From an uncultured bacterium (GTDB lineage: Bacteria; Desulfobacterota_D; UBA1144; Nemesobacterales; UBA2774), in NCBI GenBank assembly GCA_963825135.1, contig CAWGRW010000009.1:2304001-2368000 (forward strand): a stretch of DNA of 64,000 bases, written 5' to 3'. Position numbers and translations under genes: made by a program. Positions 46,459-57,690 of the stretch are shown piece by piece (the first letter of the stretch is position 1; each line of letters begins with the position of its first letter). A model generated the notes under the pieces. That model was not told where the DNA came from. It saw nothing but the letters and a program-made list of their open reading frames with translations, and made no database searches.

Positions 46459-47241
46459 ATGGCTAAAGTTATTGTCATAACATCCGGTAAGGGAGGGGTC
46501 GGTAAAACTACCGTGACAGCCAACCTCGCGGCCGCGCTGGCATCGCTGGGGAACAAGGTGCTGACTATAGACGCGGATATCGGTCTTAGGAATCTCGATA
46601 TGATTCTCGGCCTCGAGAACAGGATCGTTTACGACATCGTGGACGTCGTTGAAGGGGTGATACCGCCTGAAAAGGCTTTCGTAAAGGACAAGAGGAGCGA
46701 ATCCCTGTATCTCCTGCCCGCGGCCCAGACCAAGAACAAGGAAGCGGTAAGCGGCGAGCAGCTCACCGCGATCGTCGAGAGGGTAAGATTCAATTTCGAT
46801 TATATATTCATAGACTCGCCCGCCGGTATAGAAGGGGGGTTCCGGACCGCCGCCGCCCCGGCTGAAGAGGCTCTCATCGTAGTGAATCCGGAAGTTTCTT
46901 CCGTCAGGGACGCTGACCGTGTTATCGGGCTCCTCGAGTCTATGGGCAAGGATAAGCTCAGCCTGATCGTGAACAGGATTAGGTCCCACCAGGTAAAGAA
47001 GGGGGAGATGCTTTCAGTCGAAGACATAGAAGACGTGCTGAGGATAAAAAAGATCGGGGTGATACCGGATGAGGAGAAGATGGTCGATTACACCAACAAA
47101 GGAGAGCCCATAGTGCTTTCTAACAACACCAGCGCCGGTGAGGCGTTGATGAACATAGCGAAGAGGCTCATGGGCGAGGAAATAGCGTTTAATGAACTCG
47201 CAGACAAAAAAGGATTTTTCAGCAGATTGCTAGGGGGATGA
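46459..47241 (+). CDS. minD: Septum site-determining ATPase MinD
   Basis: SGKGGVGKTT, DIGLRNLD, DSPAGIE, C-terminal amphipathic GFFSRLLG. Confidence 0.97.
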   Translation: MAKVIVITSGKGGVGKTTVTANLAAALASLGNKVLTIDADIGLRNLDMILGLENRIVYDIVDVVEGVIPPEKAFVKDKRSESLYLLPAAQTKNKEAVSGEQLTAIVERVRFNFDYIFIDSPAGIEGGFRTAAAPAEEALIVVNPEVSSVRDADRVIGLLESMGKDKLSLIVNRIRSHQVKKGEMLSVEDIEDVLRIKKIGVIPDEEKMVDYTNKGEPIVLSNNTSAGEALMNIAKRLMGEEIAFNELADKKGFFSRLLGG

Positions 47242-47244
47242 TCA

Positions 47245-47496
47245 ATGTCGTTATTCGGATTTTTTAGACGGAAAAAATCGGCGAACGTTGCCAAAGAAAG
47301 GCTCAGGATGGTACTGTCCTACGAAAGGAAGGACCTGCCTCCGAATTTTACGGAAAAGATTCAGAGCGACCTAATTAGCCTGTTCCAAAAATACCCTCAA
47401 CTGAACGTGAATAATATTGAGATTAACGTGAAGGAAGCAAACCAGAGGGATGAGCTGTATATTTCGATACCATTTGTGGACCGCAGTCATCACTGA
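47245..47496 (+). CDS. minE: Cell division topological specificity factor MinE
   Basis: SANVAKERLRMVL; follows minD. Confidence 0.95.
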   Translation: MSLFGFFRRKKSANVAKERLRMVLSYERKDLPPNFTEKIQSDLISLFQKYPQLNVNNIEINVKEANQRDELYISIPFVDRSHH

Positions 47497-47616
47497 CCGC
47501 TTCGAGGTCCCCGGTATTGCGCCCTGACACCTGATATATCACTACAATCCGTTGTCTTCGGGTGCGTCCCAAAAGGATTCGCATGAAGACTGATTGTAAG
47601 GATGGTAAACAACCCC

Positions 47617-47943
47617 TTAATAGACGCAGGACCTGGCCAGGGACTGACCTGCCGTGACGTATATGTGGACGCAGAAGGGCTGCATCAACGCTCCCCTCGC
47701 TCTATCCTCTATCGTATCGGCGAGCTCCTGAGCCCTCGATTTCTGGCTTGAGGAGACCTGCACCCACATCGATACGGGGGATTCCCAATCTACGGTCTTG
47801 AACGTTTTAAGCTGGGATATAATATGTGTGAAATGATTCTGTGATGCGGTCAGAGGGAAGTATTGGCTGAGAGCGTGGCTGTTCGAAGTGAAGGCGGAGA
47901 AAAACATAGCCGCAGAAAACGTAAGGGACAAAATGTATTTCAT
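47617..47943 (-). CDS. Secreted hypothetical protein
   Basis: AAGGAG RBS, signal peptide ending SHA, two C-terminal Cys. Confidence 0.65.
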   Translation of the reverse strand: MKYILSLTFSAAMFFSAFTSNSHALSQYFPLTASQNHFTHIISQLKTFKTVDWESPVSMWVQVSSSQKSRAQELADTIEDRARGALMQPFCVHIYVTAGQSLARSCVY

Positions 47944-48067
47944 TCTTATCTCCTTTAATATGATTATTAGACTAACACCTGTTATTTATACCACGAAATC
48001 ATGCTTATTGTCCAGTCCCGCGTTGCTCTTATTACTAAAATATAATCTTTTGGTTTAGGTAATTACG

Positions 48068-48829
48068 TCATCTGGCTATCCATCCGCCGTCAACGGAAAG
48101 CATGGTCCCGGTCATGAATCCCACATTGTCTTCGCAAAGGAACAGCACGGAATGGGCTATTTCTTCAGGAGTGCCGAACCGCCCCACCGGGTGGAATGAT
48201 TTAAACAGCTTTTCCGCCTCCGCTCTATCCGGCATTTGATCGAGAAGACCGTCCACCATGGGCGTATCGATTGTACCCGGGCATATAGCGTTAACCCGTA
48301 TCCCCTTGTCCGCATACTCGAGGGCCATGCTGCGCGTAAGCTGGGTCACGGCGCCTTTACTCGCATTATACGCGGCGACACCCGGCACCGCCTTCAGCCC
48401 GAGCACCGACGAGTTGTTTACTATGCATCCGTAACCTTCTTTTATCATGTGCGGGAGAGTATGCTTCGACATCATATACGTCCCCTTTGCATTGATGTTG
48501 AATGTCTTGTCCCATATCTCCGTGTCGGTATTGTGTGTAAATCCCGTGTACAGGACCCCTGCGTTATTGAAGAGTATATCGATCTTTCCGTACTTCTTTA
48601 TCGCATAATCGACCGCTTTCTTGCAGTCCTCTTCCCTGGATACGTCGCTTACGAGGTGCTCGAGGGTGAGCCCTTTCTTCTTCGCTTCCTCCACGGTTCC
48701 CTTCAGGGTCTTCTCGGTCCTGCCCGTGATAATCACCTTTGCGCCTTCCTCCGCGAACAGGAACGCAGTCGCCTTTCCGAGTCCCAGGCTCCCTCCCGTT
48801 ATGAGGGCCACTTTGTTTTCGAGCTTCAT
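48068..48829 (-). CDS. Short-chain dehydrogenase/reductase (SDR)
   Basis: TGGSLGLG, NNAG, YNASK; AGGAG RBS favours ATG at 48829. Confidence 0.95.
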   Translation of the reverse strand: MKLENKVALITGGSLGLGKATAFLFAEEGAKVIITGRTEKTLKGTVEEAKKKGLTLEHLVSDVSREEDCKKAVDYAIKKYGKIDILFNNAGVLYTGFTHNTDTEIWDKTFNINAKGTYMMSKHTLPHMIKEGYGCIVNNSSVLGLKAVPGVAAYNASKGAVTQLTRSMALEYADKGIRVNAICPGTIDTPMVDGLLDQMPDRAEAEKLFKSFHPVGRFGTPEEIAHSVLFLCEDNVGFMTGTMLSVDGGWIAR

Positions 48830-49015
48830 GTTGATCCGGTCTCCTTTTTTTACGGATGAGTATAAAGGAATCACTTTTTTTATTCAAGAAAGCATATCGT
48901 TATGTTATTATCTCATTGAGCTAAACTTAGGGAATATTGTTATGTAAGTGGTCAGAACCCTTATAATCCGGGTACCAGGACCGCATGTTAACGAAAATTC
49001 ATCCGGAGGTCTCTT

Positions 49016-49438
49016 ATGAGCAATAAGGCCGAGCGCGGGGATGCCGTTACCTTGAATTATGAGGGTAAAATCGAGGACGGGTCGACGTTTCACACCTTTG
49101 AACAGGATCCCATTATGGTTGAGCTCGGCTCGGGAACCCTCGTAAAGGGTCTCGAAGCAGAGCTTATAGGCATGGCGGAGGGGGAAGAAAAGGTGTTCAG
49201 AGTTATGCCCGAGGACGGTTACGGTGCTGAAAAACCCGAGCTCTATCAGACTATAGATTCGGACTTGTTCGCGGAGACGGATATAACCCCCGGTATAGGA
49301 ATGGTGCTTAAAACCCCTCATGGGAACTGTCACATTACAAAAATAGAAGACGGAAGGGTGGAAATAAGCTACAACCACCCTCTTGCCGGAAAGGTGCTCG
49401 ATTACAGGGTTAAGGTCCTGAGGGTCGCGAAAAAATAA
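49016..49438 (+). CDS. FKBP-type peptidyl-prolyl isomerase (SlyD/SlpA-like)
   Basis: GLEAELIGM, PEDGYG, NHPLAGKVL. Confidence 0.92.
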   Translation: MSNKAERGDAVTLNYEGKIEDGSTFHTFEQDPIMVELGSGTLVKGLEAELIGMAEGEEKVFRVMPEDGYGAEKPELYQTIDSDLFAETDITPGIGMVLKTPHGNCHITKIEDGRVEISYNHPLAGKVLDYRVKVLRVAKK

Positions 49439-49537
49439 GTGCGCTTAACCTACTGTAATTACACAGGTATGTCGCAGATAAATACCGCTTGATAATAACC
49501 GTGACGGTTCTTATACTATTAATTGGAGGTCTGCGCA

Positions 49538-50119
49538 ATGGACACAATGCTGAGCATATTCGTGGGGGTGGGGCTTAGCGCGGCTTGCGGTTTCAGGGTA
49601 TTCGTCCCGCTTCTCGTCATGAGCGTCGCGTCGCTCACGGGGCAAATGACGCTCTCTCCGGAGTTCGAGTGGATAGGCACGTATCCGGCTCTTGCGGCTT
49701 TCACGATTGCCACTATATTCGAAATCGGCGCTTACTACATTCCGTGGGTTGATAACCTGCTTGATACCGTAGCCATACCCGCGGCTACAGTGGCCGGTAC
49801 GATAGTAATGGCATCGGCGGTATCCGAGATGAGCCCTTTCCTAAAGTGGGCGCTCGCCGTAATAGTCGGAGGCGGCGTGGCGGGCACTGTTCAGGGTTTC
49901 ACGACGATAACGCGCATAGCGTCAACGGCTGCGACGGGGGGGTTGGGTAATCCCGTTGTCTCGACCGTGGAAGCCGGAGGGTCGCTCATCATGTCCGTGC
50001 TTGCGATAGCGGTCCCGGTGCTCGCCGCCATAGGCGCAGCCGCCATTATATTCATTGCGTGGAGAAAGATCTACTCGTGGCTCGCGGACAAAAACAAGCT
50101 CGAGCCCCGTCACGAGTGA
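49538..50119 (+). CDS. DUF4126 family membrane protein
   Basis: GLSAACGFRVFVPL, YYIPWVDNLLD, TGGLGNPVVS. Confidence 0.88.
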   Translation: MDTMLSIFVGVGLSAACGFRVFVPLLVMSVASLTGQMTLSPEFEWIGTYPALAAFTIATIFEIGAYYIPWVDNLLDTVAIPAATVAGTIVMASAVSEMSPFLKWALAVIVGGGVAGTVQGFTTITRIASTAATGGLGNPVVSTVEAGGSLIMSVLAIAVPVLAAIGAAAIIFIAWRKIYSWLADKNKLEPRHE

Positions 50120-50138
50120 CACCGTTTCGTTTCCGAGT

Positions 50139-51560
50139 TCAAAAATGACCTTCAAACAGGGACTCCAGCAGCCTTTCTGAAGCCCTCTCGCCGGAATAGA
50201 TGCAGTCCGGGATACCGACGCCTCCGAATGCGTTTCCGGCTACCTCAAGCCCCCTGAGCTTCTTTATCTCTCCCTCAATCCTCCCGGCTAGCTCCATGTG
50301 CCCGACGTGATACTGGGGCATTGCCTCCGGGTATCTCCTGATATGGGTAAAGACCGGTTTTGATTTGATACCGAGAATGGGGCTCAGCTCTTTTTCGACT
50401 GTGTCTATAATGCTGCCGTCGCCCATCATATACCTATCCGGATCGACGGCGCCCCCGATGAAAGCGCGTATTATCGTGTATCCCGCGGGGGCCCTTCCCG
50501 AGAATTTTTCGCTGCTGAACGAGCAGGCGATAATGCTGCTCTTTTCTATAATCGGTACGACGAACCCGAAGCCGTCAGGCATATTCCCCATTTCGTCCCT
50601 TCTGTACGCGGATATAATCACAGCCGAAGAAGCGTATTCAATCTGCGAAAGCAGGTTCGAGCACTGTCCGGCCGAATTTTCCAGGAGCCGGGCCGTGACG
50701 TAAGAGGGCGTCGTAACTATGACTCCTGAGGCATTGATCGGCCCGTCGTCGGTTATTACTTCCCAGCCTTCGGGACCCTCTTTGATCTCTCGTACCGTTA
50801 CGCCGGTTCTTATCTCTTCTTCGCGGAGCGCATTCGTAAGGGCTTGTACGAGGGTGTTCATGCCCCTCTTGAATGAGACGAACATGCTGTACCTGGCGCC
50901 GCTGTCAGCCGCAATTCTTTTATCCCTGTTCCTGTAAGCGTGATACATCCCTTTTAGTACACTTCCGTATCTTTCTTCCATCTCGAGGAACTGAGGCATC
51001 GTCGACCTCAGGCTGAGCTTCCGGGGGTCAGCCGTATAGATTCCGCTTATCATGGGCTGAGCCGCGCGCTCGAGCGCCTCGGCGCCGAGACGCCTCCTGA
51101 CGAACGACGAAAGACTCTCGTCTTCGTGTGTTTCCTTAGGAATTACGAGGTCCATGAGGATCCTGATTTTTCCCCTCCATGAGAAGAGCGGGGTTTTTAA
51201 AAAGGGAATTATTCTCGTCGGGGCGAGCATTATGAATCCGTCAGGGAGCGGGACCAGTTTTCCGTCCCTCAGGATAAAGGTGCGTCTCTTGTCCTCACTG
51301 GTCTCGATGAGCTCCCCTTCGAGGCCTAGCCTGCTGCAGAGGTTAAGGCCCCACGGTTTCGTGGTTATGAAAGAGTCGGGCCCTTCTTCTATAATGAAAC
51401 CGTCTTTCTCGACCGTCGAGATCACTCCCCCGAGCCTGTCCGATTTTTCGAGAAGAACGACTTCCAGGTCTAGTTTCTTGTCCCGGCCGAGCTCGTGAAT
51501 GCGGTGCGCGGCGCTTAACCCCGATATACCGCCCCCGATGACGACCACCCGTTTAGGCAT
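50139..51560 (-). CDS. hemY: HemY-type (copro/proto)porphyrinogen oxidase
   Basis: GGGISGLSAA, EEGPDSF, GFGFVVP, MPQYHVGH, GVGIPDCI. Confidence 0.94.
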   Translation of the reverse strand: MPKRVVVIGGGISGLSAAHRIHELGRDKKLDLEVVLLEKSDRLGGVISTVEKDGFIIEEGPDSFITTKPWGLNLCSRLGLEGELIETSEDKRRTFILRDGKLVPLPDGFIMLAPTRIIPFLKTPLFSWRGKIRILMDLVIPKETHEDESLSSFVRRRLGAEALERAAQPMISGIYTADPRKLSLRSTMPQFLEMEERYGSVLKGMYHAYRNRDKRIAADSGARYSMFVSFKRGMNTLVQALTNALREEEIRTGVTVREIKEGPEGWEVITDDGPINASGVIVTTPSYVTARLLENSAGQCSNLLSQIEYASSAVIISAYRRDEMGNMPDGFGFVVPIIEKSSIIACSFSSEKFSGRAPAGYTIIRAFIGGAVDPDRYMMGDGSIIDTVEKELSPILGIKSKPVFTHIRRYPEAMPQYHVGHMELAGRIEGEIKKLRGLEVAGNAFGGVGIPDCIYSGERASERLLESLFEGHF

Positions 51561-51630
51561 ACGATTATTTAACCATGCAAAGGGTTTTAATGACAGTGTT
51601 TATGAAATTTAAGAATCCGTGATCGCCGAC

Positions 51631-52986
51631 TCAATTCTCTTCGTGGTCTTTTATTTTATAGAGCAGCGACCTCCGGCTTATCCCCAGCATCTTCGCCGCT
51701 TTCGTTCGGTTGCCGCGGGCGTCCGAGAGGGCCTTGTCAATGTATGACCTTTCTATTCTCTGTCTGGCTTCGTCATATGACATTGTATCTATCCAGGATT
51801 CGGGGACGAAACCCGATCCTGCACGGGCAGCGCCGAGGTCTACTTTGTCGATACACTCCGCATCACACAGTATTATCGCCCTTTCGACGACGTTTTCGAG
51901 CTCCCTTACGTTGCCGGGCCAGTCATATTTCATTAATTCCGCCATGACCCCGGGCGTCGCATCCTTAATCCTGTGCTTTAGCAGACGCTTGTATTTATCG
52001 ATAAAGTGGCGCACGAGCGGAGGTATATCTTCCTTCCTCTCCCTGAGCGGCGGGATTTGTATCGGGAAGACATTGAGTCTGTAGTAGAGGTCGTTTCTGA
52101 ACCCTCCGTTTATAGTCTCCTGCCCAAGGTCCAAGGACGTAGCGGCGATGACCCTCGAATCCGTTTTAATCAGCTTCGTATCGCCGAGACGTCTCATTTC
52201 CCCTTCCTGAAGCACTCTCAGGAGCTTTGGCTGTAGGGATAGAGGGAATTCGCCGATCTCGTCGAGGAAGAGCGTACCCCCGTGGGCTTCTTCGATTAAC
52301 CCTCTTTTTGAGCTGTCGGCCCCGCTGAAAGCCCCCTTCGCGTATCCGAAGAGCTCGCTTTCCAGGAGAGTCTCCGGAATCGCGGCGCAGTTTACTGCAA
52401 TGAACGGCGCTTCGTTTCTCCCGCTCATATTATGTATCGCCCTTGCTATAAGCTCTTTTCCGGTACCGCTTTCGCCAGAAATGAGGACGGTGGTCTTGTA
52501 CTGGGCCGCCTTTTCGGACAACACTATGACGCCCTCCATTTTTTCGCTCTCGTATACGATATCGAGGAATTCTCCGCGGGTATTGATTTCCTCCCGGAGA
52601 TGTCTGTTTTGTATCCTGAGGAGCTGTCTCTCCTCGGCCATGCGCATCCTTAAAATGAGCTCCTCGGAATTTATCGGTTTATTGATATAGTCGTCGGCTC
52701 CTTTTTTGATAGCCTCGATCGAGCTCTCGACCGTACCGTAGGCGGAGATCATGATAATTATCGAGGCGACGTCCATCTCGCCGATTTTTTCAAGGAACTC
52801 CATCCCCCCCATGCCGGGGAGCTTGATATCGCAGATGATGAAGTCGTATCTGTTGCCCTGGTCTATGAGTCCGAGTCCGGTTCTCACGTTATCGACGCTG
52901 TCCACCTCGTAATTCTCCATCTGAAGTATCAGCGACAAAGAATCTCGTATTCCTCTCTCGTCGTCAATTAATAAAATTTTCTGCAT
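51631..52986 (-). CDS. Sigma-54-dependent response regulator (NtrC/PilR-like)
   Basis: Receiver domain, GESGTGKE, ESELFG..KGAFSGA, WPGNVRELEN, Fis-type HTH; start at MQKILL. Confidence 0.94.
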   Translation of the reverse strand: MQKILLIDDERGIRDSLSLILQMENYEVDSVDNVRTGLGLIDQGNRYDFIICDIKLPGMGGMEFLEKIGEMDVASIIIMISAYGTVESSIEAIKKGADDYINKPINSEELILRMRMAEERQLLRIQNRHLREEINTRGEFLDIVYESEKMEGVIVLSEKAAQYKTTVLISGESGTGKELIARAIHNMSGRNEAPFIAVNCAAIPETLLESELFGYAKGAFSGADSSKRGLIEEAHGGTLFLDEIGEFPLSLQPKLLRVLQEGEMRRLGDTKLIKTDSRVIAATSLDLGQETINGGFRNDLYYRLNVFPIQIPPLRERKEDIPPLVRHFIDKYKRLLKHRIKDATPGVMAELMKYDWPGNVRELENVVERAIILCDAECIDKVDLGAARAGSGFVPESWIDTMSYDEARQRIERSYIDKALSDARGNRTKAAKMLGISRRSLLYKIKDHEEN

Positions 52987-54469
52987 TCTCGTAACCTCTG
53001 GCGGCCGGGAAGACGATGGTGAAGAGAGACCCGTTCCCTTCCGTGCTCTCAACCCTCATCACGCCCTCGAACGTCTCCACGATCCTGGCTGAGACCGAGA
53101 GGCCGAGTCCGGTCCCCTGACCCGGGTCCTTTGTGGTAAAGAAGGGGTCGAATATCTTATCGATTATTTCTCTGGGTATGCCCGCGCCGTCGTCTCTCAC
53201 GGACATGATCACTTCCTCCTCTCCGCCGCATCGGGTCGATATGACGATTTCTCCCGTATCGCCGAGAGCGTCTCTCGAGTTCAGTATGAGGTTGATAATC
53301 ACCTGGGAGAGCTGTCCGGGGTCGGCTATGATCGACGGCGATTCTTCCGTGAGGTCGAGAGCGAGCCGGATATTTTTCAACACGCCCTGACTCCTCACGA
53401 GTTCAGCCGTGTCTTTTATTGCCTGATTGATGCCTGTTATCTGAAGCGAGCTTTTTCTAGGTCTCGCATAATCGAGAAGCGTTCTGATTATCCTGTCCAC
53501 GCGGCCCACTTCCCTCAGTATATCGTTGATGATTCCGTCCCTCTTTTCGTTATCAATATCTGGCGCTCTCTTCAGAACTTCCGAGTAGACTTTGATCGCG
53601 GACAGGGGGTTCCCGATCTCGTGCGCCACGCCCGCCGAAAGCTGTCCGAGAGAGGCGAGCTTTTCAGCCGCTATCAGCTCCCTCTGGGTCAATTTGAGCT
53701 CGGCGTTCGTCTCTTCGAGCTCCATGATCTTGTCCCTGAGCCTTCTTTTGCCCCCCTCGATTTCATCGTACATGGCTCTGAGGGCTGAATACAGCTGGTT
53801 GATTTCCTTGACGCTGCCGATCTCCGCGTGCTCCGGGAACCTCCCGGAGCCGATTTTCTCGGTCGCCCTTATGAGCTCGTGCACAGGCTTTACGATCCTT
53901 CTCGAAAGGATGTAAAATCCGAACAGCGCGATTATTACCAGGAACACGATGATCCAGAGTGCTATGAGTCTCTGGCTCAGAACCATATTCTCCTCAAGCG
54001 ATGAAAGGGGCTGATAGATAAACACAGTTCCCCGTTTATTCCCGGATATACTGACAGGGGCCGCGATTTTAATTGCTTCGTAGGAAGAGAAGGGCGGTAT
54101 ATTTACGCCTTCTATTTCCGTTACCCTGCTCCCCGCCCTGATTGACTGGAGCATGAGCGGGTCAGTTTCATTCCCGGGACCCCCGCCGCCCGGTGTGCTG
54201 AACGAAACGCTTTCACCGCCCCCTGCGATTATTCCCCACGCCCCGGGGTTGAGAGATTTTTTTAGAAACTCTATGCCGCCTTCGATATCGTTATCCCTGA
54301 GGTAAGAGCCTTCGAGCGCGGAGATTATCGTGTCTACCCCTTCGACCCTGCCCTGCACGGCGAACCTTTCCGTCACTTTAAAGGCGATTATGCCGATAAG
54401 GAACATAGCGACAGCGGTTATAAAGAGGATGTTTACGAGGATTTCAGCTCTGAGACCTATCTGTTTCAT
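52964..54469 (-). CDS. HAMP-domain sensor histidine kinase
   Basis: 2 TM helices, AHEIGNPL, NLILNS, DDGAGI, FFTTK, GTGLGL. Confidence 0.94.
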   Translation of the reverse strand: MKQIGLRAEILVNILFITAVAMFLIGIIAFKVTERFAVQGRVEGVDTIISALEGSYLRDNDIEGGIEFLKKSLNPGAWGIIAGGGESVSFSTPGGGGPGNETDPLMLQSIRAGSRVTEIEGVNIPPFSSYEAIKIAAPVSISGNKRGTVFIYQPLSSLEENMVLSQRLIALWIIVFLVIIALFGFYILSRRIVKPVHELIRATEKIGSGRFPEHAEIGSVKEINQLYSALRAMYDEIEGGKRRLRDKIMELEETNAELKLTQRELIAAEKLASLGQLSAGVAHEIGNPLSAIKVYSEVLKRAPDIDNEKRDGIINDILREVGRVDRIIRTLLDYARPRKSSLQITGINQAIKDTAELVRSQGVLKNIRLALDLTEESPSIIADPGQLSQVIINLILNSRDALGDTGEIVISTRCGGEEEVIMSVRDDGAGIPREIIDKIFDPFFTTKDPGQGTGLGLSVSARIVETFEGVMRVESTEGNGSLFTIVFPAARGYENAENFIN

Positions 54470-54560
54470 TTTTGGTATAACGGCACTGTTCCCCCGGTTC
54501 GGTCGGGGTAAAAGGACGCCCTTATACCTAAGTTTAGTTCTTTTTATGGAGTCGTGTTAA

Positions 54561-55394
54561 CTAATTTATCAGTCTGAAACCGCCCGTAAATACGTAGATT
54601 ACGGCGGCCAGGGAGAGGAAAGGGCCGAAGGGGAGGGCGTATTTGAGGTTTCCTTTCTTGTAGAAGATTATCGACAATCCCGTCACGGTGCCGATAATCG
54701 AGCTTACTAACATTACGAACACCACCCCCTGCCAGCCGAGAAAGGCTCCGATCATGGCGAGGAGCTTCACGTCCCCCATCCCCATACCTTCGGTTTTTCG
54801 CACCAGGACGTAGAGAAACGCTATCAGGAACAGGACGCCGCCCCCGATAACGAGCCCGAACACGGAATCGAGGAACGGGACCTCATTCAATATTCCGAAG
54901 AAATTTTCAAGACCGAAGCTGAACCTTCCCAGCAGGTCCCTGCTCCTTTCCCAGTCCGTGATGAGCGCGTTGTAGATCAATCCGGCTATAGCGCCCGGTA
55001 TCGTGATCGCGTTCGGGATGATCATGTGCTCCAGGTCGATGAACGTAATGACTATGAGCGAGTAAATGAGCAGCGCATAAAATAAAGCTTCGAGAGAGAG
55101 GCCGAATTTATACAATACGCCGGTCAGGACGATGCCCGAGATCAACTCGATTATCGGATATCGGAGAGATATCCTCGAGCCGCAATCGGCGCACCTCCCT
55201 CTCAGCATCAGATAGCCGACTATGGGCAGGTTGTGGTAGAACCTGATCGGATTACCGCAGGACGTGCAGTGAGAGGGCGGGAAGACTATGGATTCGTCCC
55301 TCGGCAGTCTGTATATGCATACGTTCAGAAAGCTGCCGATGACCGACCCGAATATGAATGAAAAAATATATAGGAGTGTTTCTCTCTCAGACAC
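54561..55394 (-). CDS. pilD: Prepilin peptidase
   Basis: GSFLNVCIYRLP, two CxxC motifs, GMGMGDVKL, PFGPFL. Confidence 0.95.
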   Translation of the reverse strand: MSERETLLYIFSFIFGSVIGSFLNVCIYRLPRDESIVFPPSHCTSCGNPIRFYHNLPIVGYLMLRGRCADCGSRISLRYPIIELISGIVLTGVLYKFGLSLEALFYALLIYSLIVITFIDLEHMIIPNAITIPGAIAGLIYNALITDWERSRDLLGRFSFGLENFFGILNEVPFLDSVFGLVIGGGVLFLIAFLYVLVRKTEGMGMGDVKLLAMIGAFLGWQGVVFVMLVSSIIGTVTGLSIIFYKKGNLKYALPFGPFLSLAAVIYVFTGGFRLIN

Positions 55395-57537
55395 TCTTAC
55401 TTTCCGAGCGCCGGTTTTTTATATCTATGTTCGCGATGATCTTGTTTTTAATTTCGTCGAGCGCCTCGTCAAAGTGGCCCTCGGTTATCTTTATGGCCTT
55501 TTTCCTGTTCCGGAGGTGCTCTCTTATGGCTATGATCGACGCCCTCTGGCACACGAGCTTTATATCCGCGCCCGAAAGCCCAGAGGTCTTGCGGGCTATC
55601 TCCGCCAGTTTAGCGTCCTTCGCTATCGGTTTTCCGCGGGTATGGATCTTGAGGATCTCGTATAGCTCGTCCTCGTCCGGATAGGGGATATTGAATATGA
55701 GGTCGAACCTGCCCGAGCGGAGGAGGGCCGGGTCGACGATGTCGATCCTGTTTGTGGCCGCGAGCACGAGGACCTCCCTCAAATCCTCCACGCCGTCCAT
55801 TTCGGTCAGGAGCTGGCTTACGACCCTCTCGGATACGCGGGTTCCGTCGGACTCCCTCCTCGGAGGCGCGAGCGCGTCTATCTCGTCGAAGAACACTATG
55901 CACGGAGCGACTTGCTTCGCTTTTTTGAACACGTCCCTCACGGCCTGCTCGGATTCGCCGACGTATTTCGAAAGCAGCTCCGCCCCTTTCACGGATATGA
56001 AGTTCGCCCCGCTCTGGTTGGCGAGCGCCTTGGCGAGGAGCGTCTTACCTGTTCCCGGAGGCCCGCAGAGCATGATGCCCTTGGGGGCCTTCGTGTCGGT
56101 AATCTCGAAGAGGTCTTTATGTATGATCGGCCAGATCACCGCCTCGACGAGCCTGTCCTTGATCTCCTTAAGTCCTCCGATTTCGTCCCAGGTGACTTTT
56201 GAGATTTCGACGAATATCTCCCTTATGGCGGAAGGCTCCACTTCCTTTAGAGCGTCCATGAAGTCACCCATCTCGACCTTTATCGGCGTCGGGTTCCCGT
56301 TTTTAAACACCAGCCCCTCTTCCCCCGTGTCGTAGTCGGGTATCTTTTTCCTGAGCGATTTCATCGCCGCCTCGCGGCAGAGGTTTTCTATGTCGGCGCC
56401 CACGAACCCGTGCGTCAGGTCGGCCAGGCGTTCGAGGTCGATGTCTTCGTCAAGCGGCATTCCGCGGGTGTGCACTTCCAGTATCTGCGCCCGCCCGTTC
56501 CTGTCCGGCACCTCCAGCATGACTTCCCTGTCGAACCTCCCGGGTCTCCTGAGAGCGGGATCGATTGCTGACGGTAGGTTCGTCGCGCCTATGACGACGA
56601 TATTCCCCCTGTGCTTGAGGCCGTCCATGAGCGAGAGGAGCTGTGAGACGATTCTTTTTTCCACGTCGCCTGAGACTTTGTCCCTTTTGGGGGCGATGGC
56701 GTCGAGTTCGTCGAGGAATATTATCGAAGGCTGGTTCCTCGTGGCTATCTCGAATATATCGCGGAGCCTCGCTTCGCTCTCTCCGTAAAACTTGTGCATT
56801 ATTTCCGGGCCGTTAATAACCTGAAAGTTGGCGTTGGTCTCGTGCGCCACAGCCTTTGCCAGCAGCGTTTTCCCGCTCCCCGGGGGTCCGACGAGTAGGA
56901 TTCCCCTCGGAGGGTCTATGCCCAGCCTGTCGAAAAGCTGAGGGTATCTGAGCGGGAGCTCCACGATTTCCCTCACCTTTATGATCTGTTCCTTAAGGCC
57001 CCCGATGTCCTGGAAGCTCACGCGGGAGCTGTCGAATTTGACCTTGGGCTTCCGTTTTATGTCCACCTTGGTAGAGGTTCTTATGACCGAGGAATCGGAA
57101 GGTATGACCCCCAAAACGTGAAATTCCTCTAATCCTGTTGTCGGGAGCTTGATGCGGATTTTGTCCCCCACGGTGATTGGGTAACCGTCGAGCCTGTCCA
57201 GTATGTATTTGTTTTCGTTCCCGTTGTAAAGGATGTCGGTATTTTTGGGCGCGAGCACGACCTTCGTTGCCGATTTGTTGTCGATCTTCTTCACGAATAC
57301 GTGTTCGTCAAGCTCTATGCGCGCGTTCTCTCTCGTTACACCGTCTATCTCGATTATAGATTTATCGGGAATGGACTTGTCGAGAGGCATGACCCGCACG
57401 ACCGTTTTTCTTTTCCCGCCGATCTCGACCAGGTCCCATGCGTCAACCCCGATTTCACGCATATCTTCGGGGTTCAGGCGCGCAAAACCCTTGCCCGTGT
57501 CCTTCTTCGCCAGTTCGCATATCCTGAGAGCTATCAT
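55387..57537 (-). CDS. CDC48/VCP/VAT-family AAA+ ATPase
   Basis: N-domain plus two AAA modules ([25 protein letters not shown]); start probably MIALR at 57537. Confidence 0.93.
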   Translation of the reverse strand: MIALRICELAKKDTGKGFARLNPEDMREIGVDAWDLVEIGGKRKTVVRVMPLDKSIPDKSIIEIDGVTRENARIELDEHVFVKKIDNKSATKVVLAPKNTDILYNGNENKYILDRLDGYPITVGDKIRIKLPTTGLEEFHVLGVIPSDSSVIRTSTKVDIKRKPKVKFDSSRVSFQDIGGLKEQIIKVREIVELPLRYPQLFDRLGIDPPRGILLVGPPGSGKTLLAKAVAHETNANFQVINGPEIMHKFYGESEARLRDIFEIATRNQPSIIFLDELDAIAPKRDKVSGDVEKRIVSQLLSLMDGLKHRGNIVVIGATNLPSAIDPALRRPGRFDREVMLEVPDRNGRAQILEVHTRGMPLDEDIDLERLADLTHGFVGADIENLCREAAMKSLRKKIPDYDTGEEGLVFKNGNPTPIKVEMGDFMDALKEVEPSAIREIFVEISKVTWDEIGGLKEIKDRLVEAVIWPIIHKDLFEITDTKAPKGIMLCGPPGTGKTLLAKALANQSGANFISVKGAELLSKYVGESEQAVRDVFKKAKQVAPCIVFFDEIDALAPPRRESDGTRVSERVVSQLLTEMDGVEDLREVLVLAATNRIDIVDPALLRSGRFDLIFNIPYPDEDELYEILKIHTRGKPIAKDAKLAEIARKTSGLSGADIKLVCQRASIIAIREHLRNRKKAIKITEGHFDEALDEIKNKIIANIDIKNRRSESKSV

Positions 57538-57690
57538 GTAAGTACCTGAGAAGATAATACCGTTCACCCATTTTAGGGTCAAGGAAAATATTGGCCGCCG
57601 CGGGTTCGGTCGGAGATAAATAGAGATATAGATTGAATAAACCTTTCTTCTTTATTATAATTTTTCAAATACAATTTCGATAACGATCCC

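Noticed and set aside
46444..46989. Long antisense ORFs (e.g. opposite minD, also 579..1187, 48236..48859, 55691..56335)
   Set aside because: Shadow ORFs opposite confidently identified genes, with no protein-family motifs.
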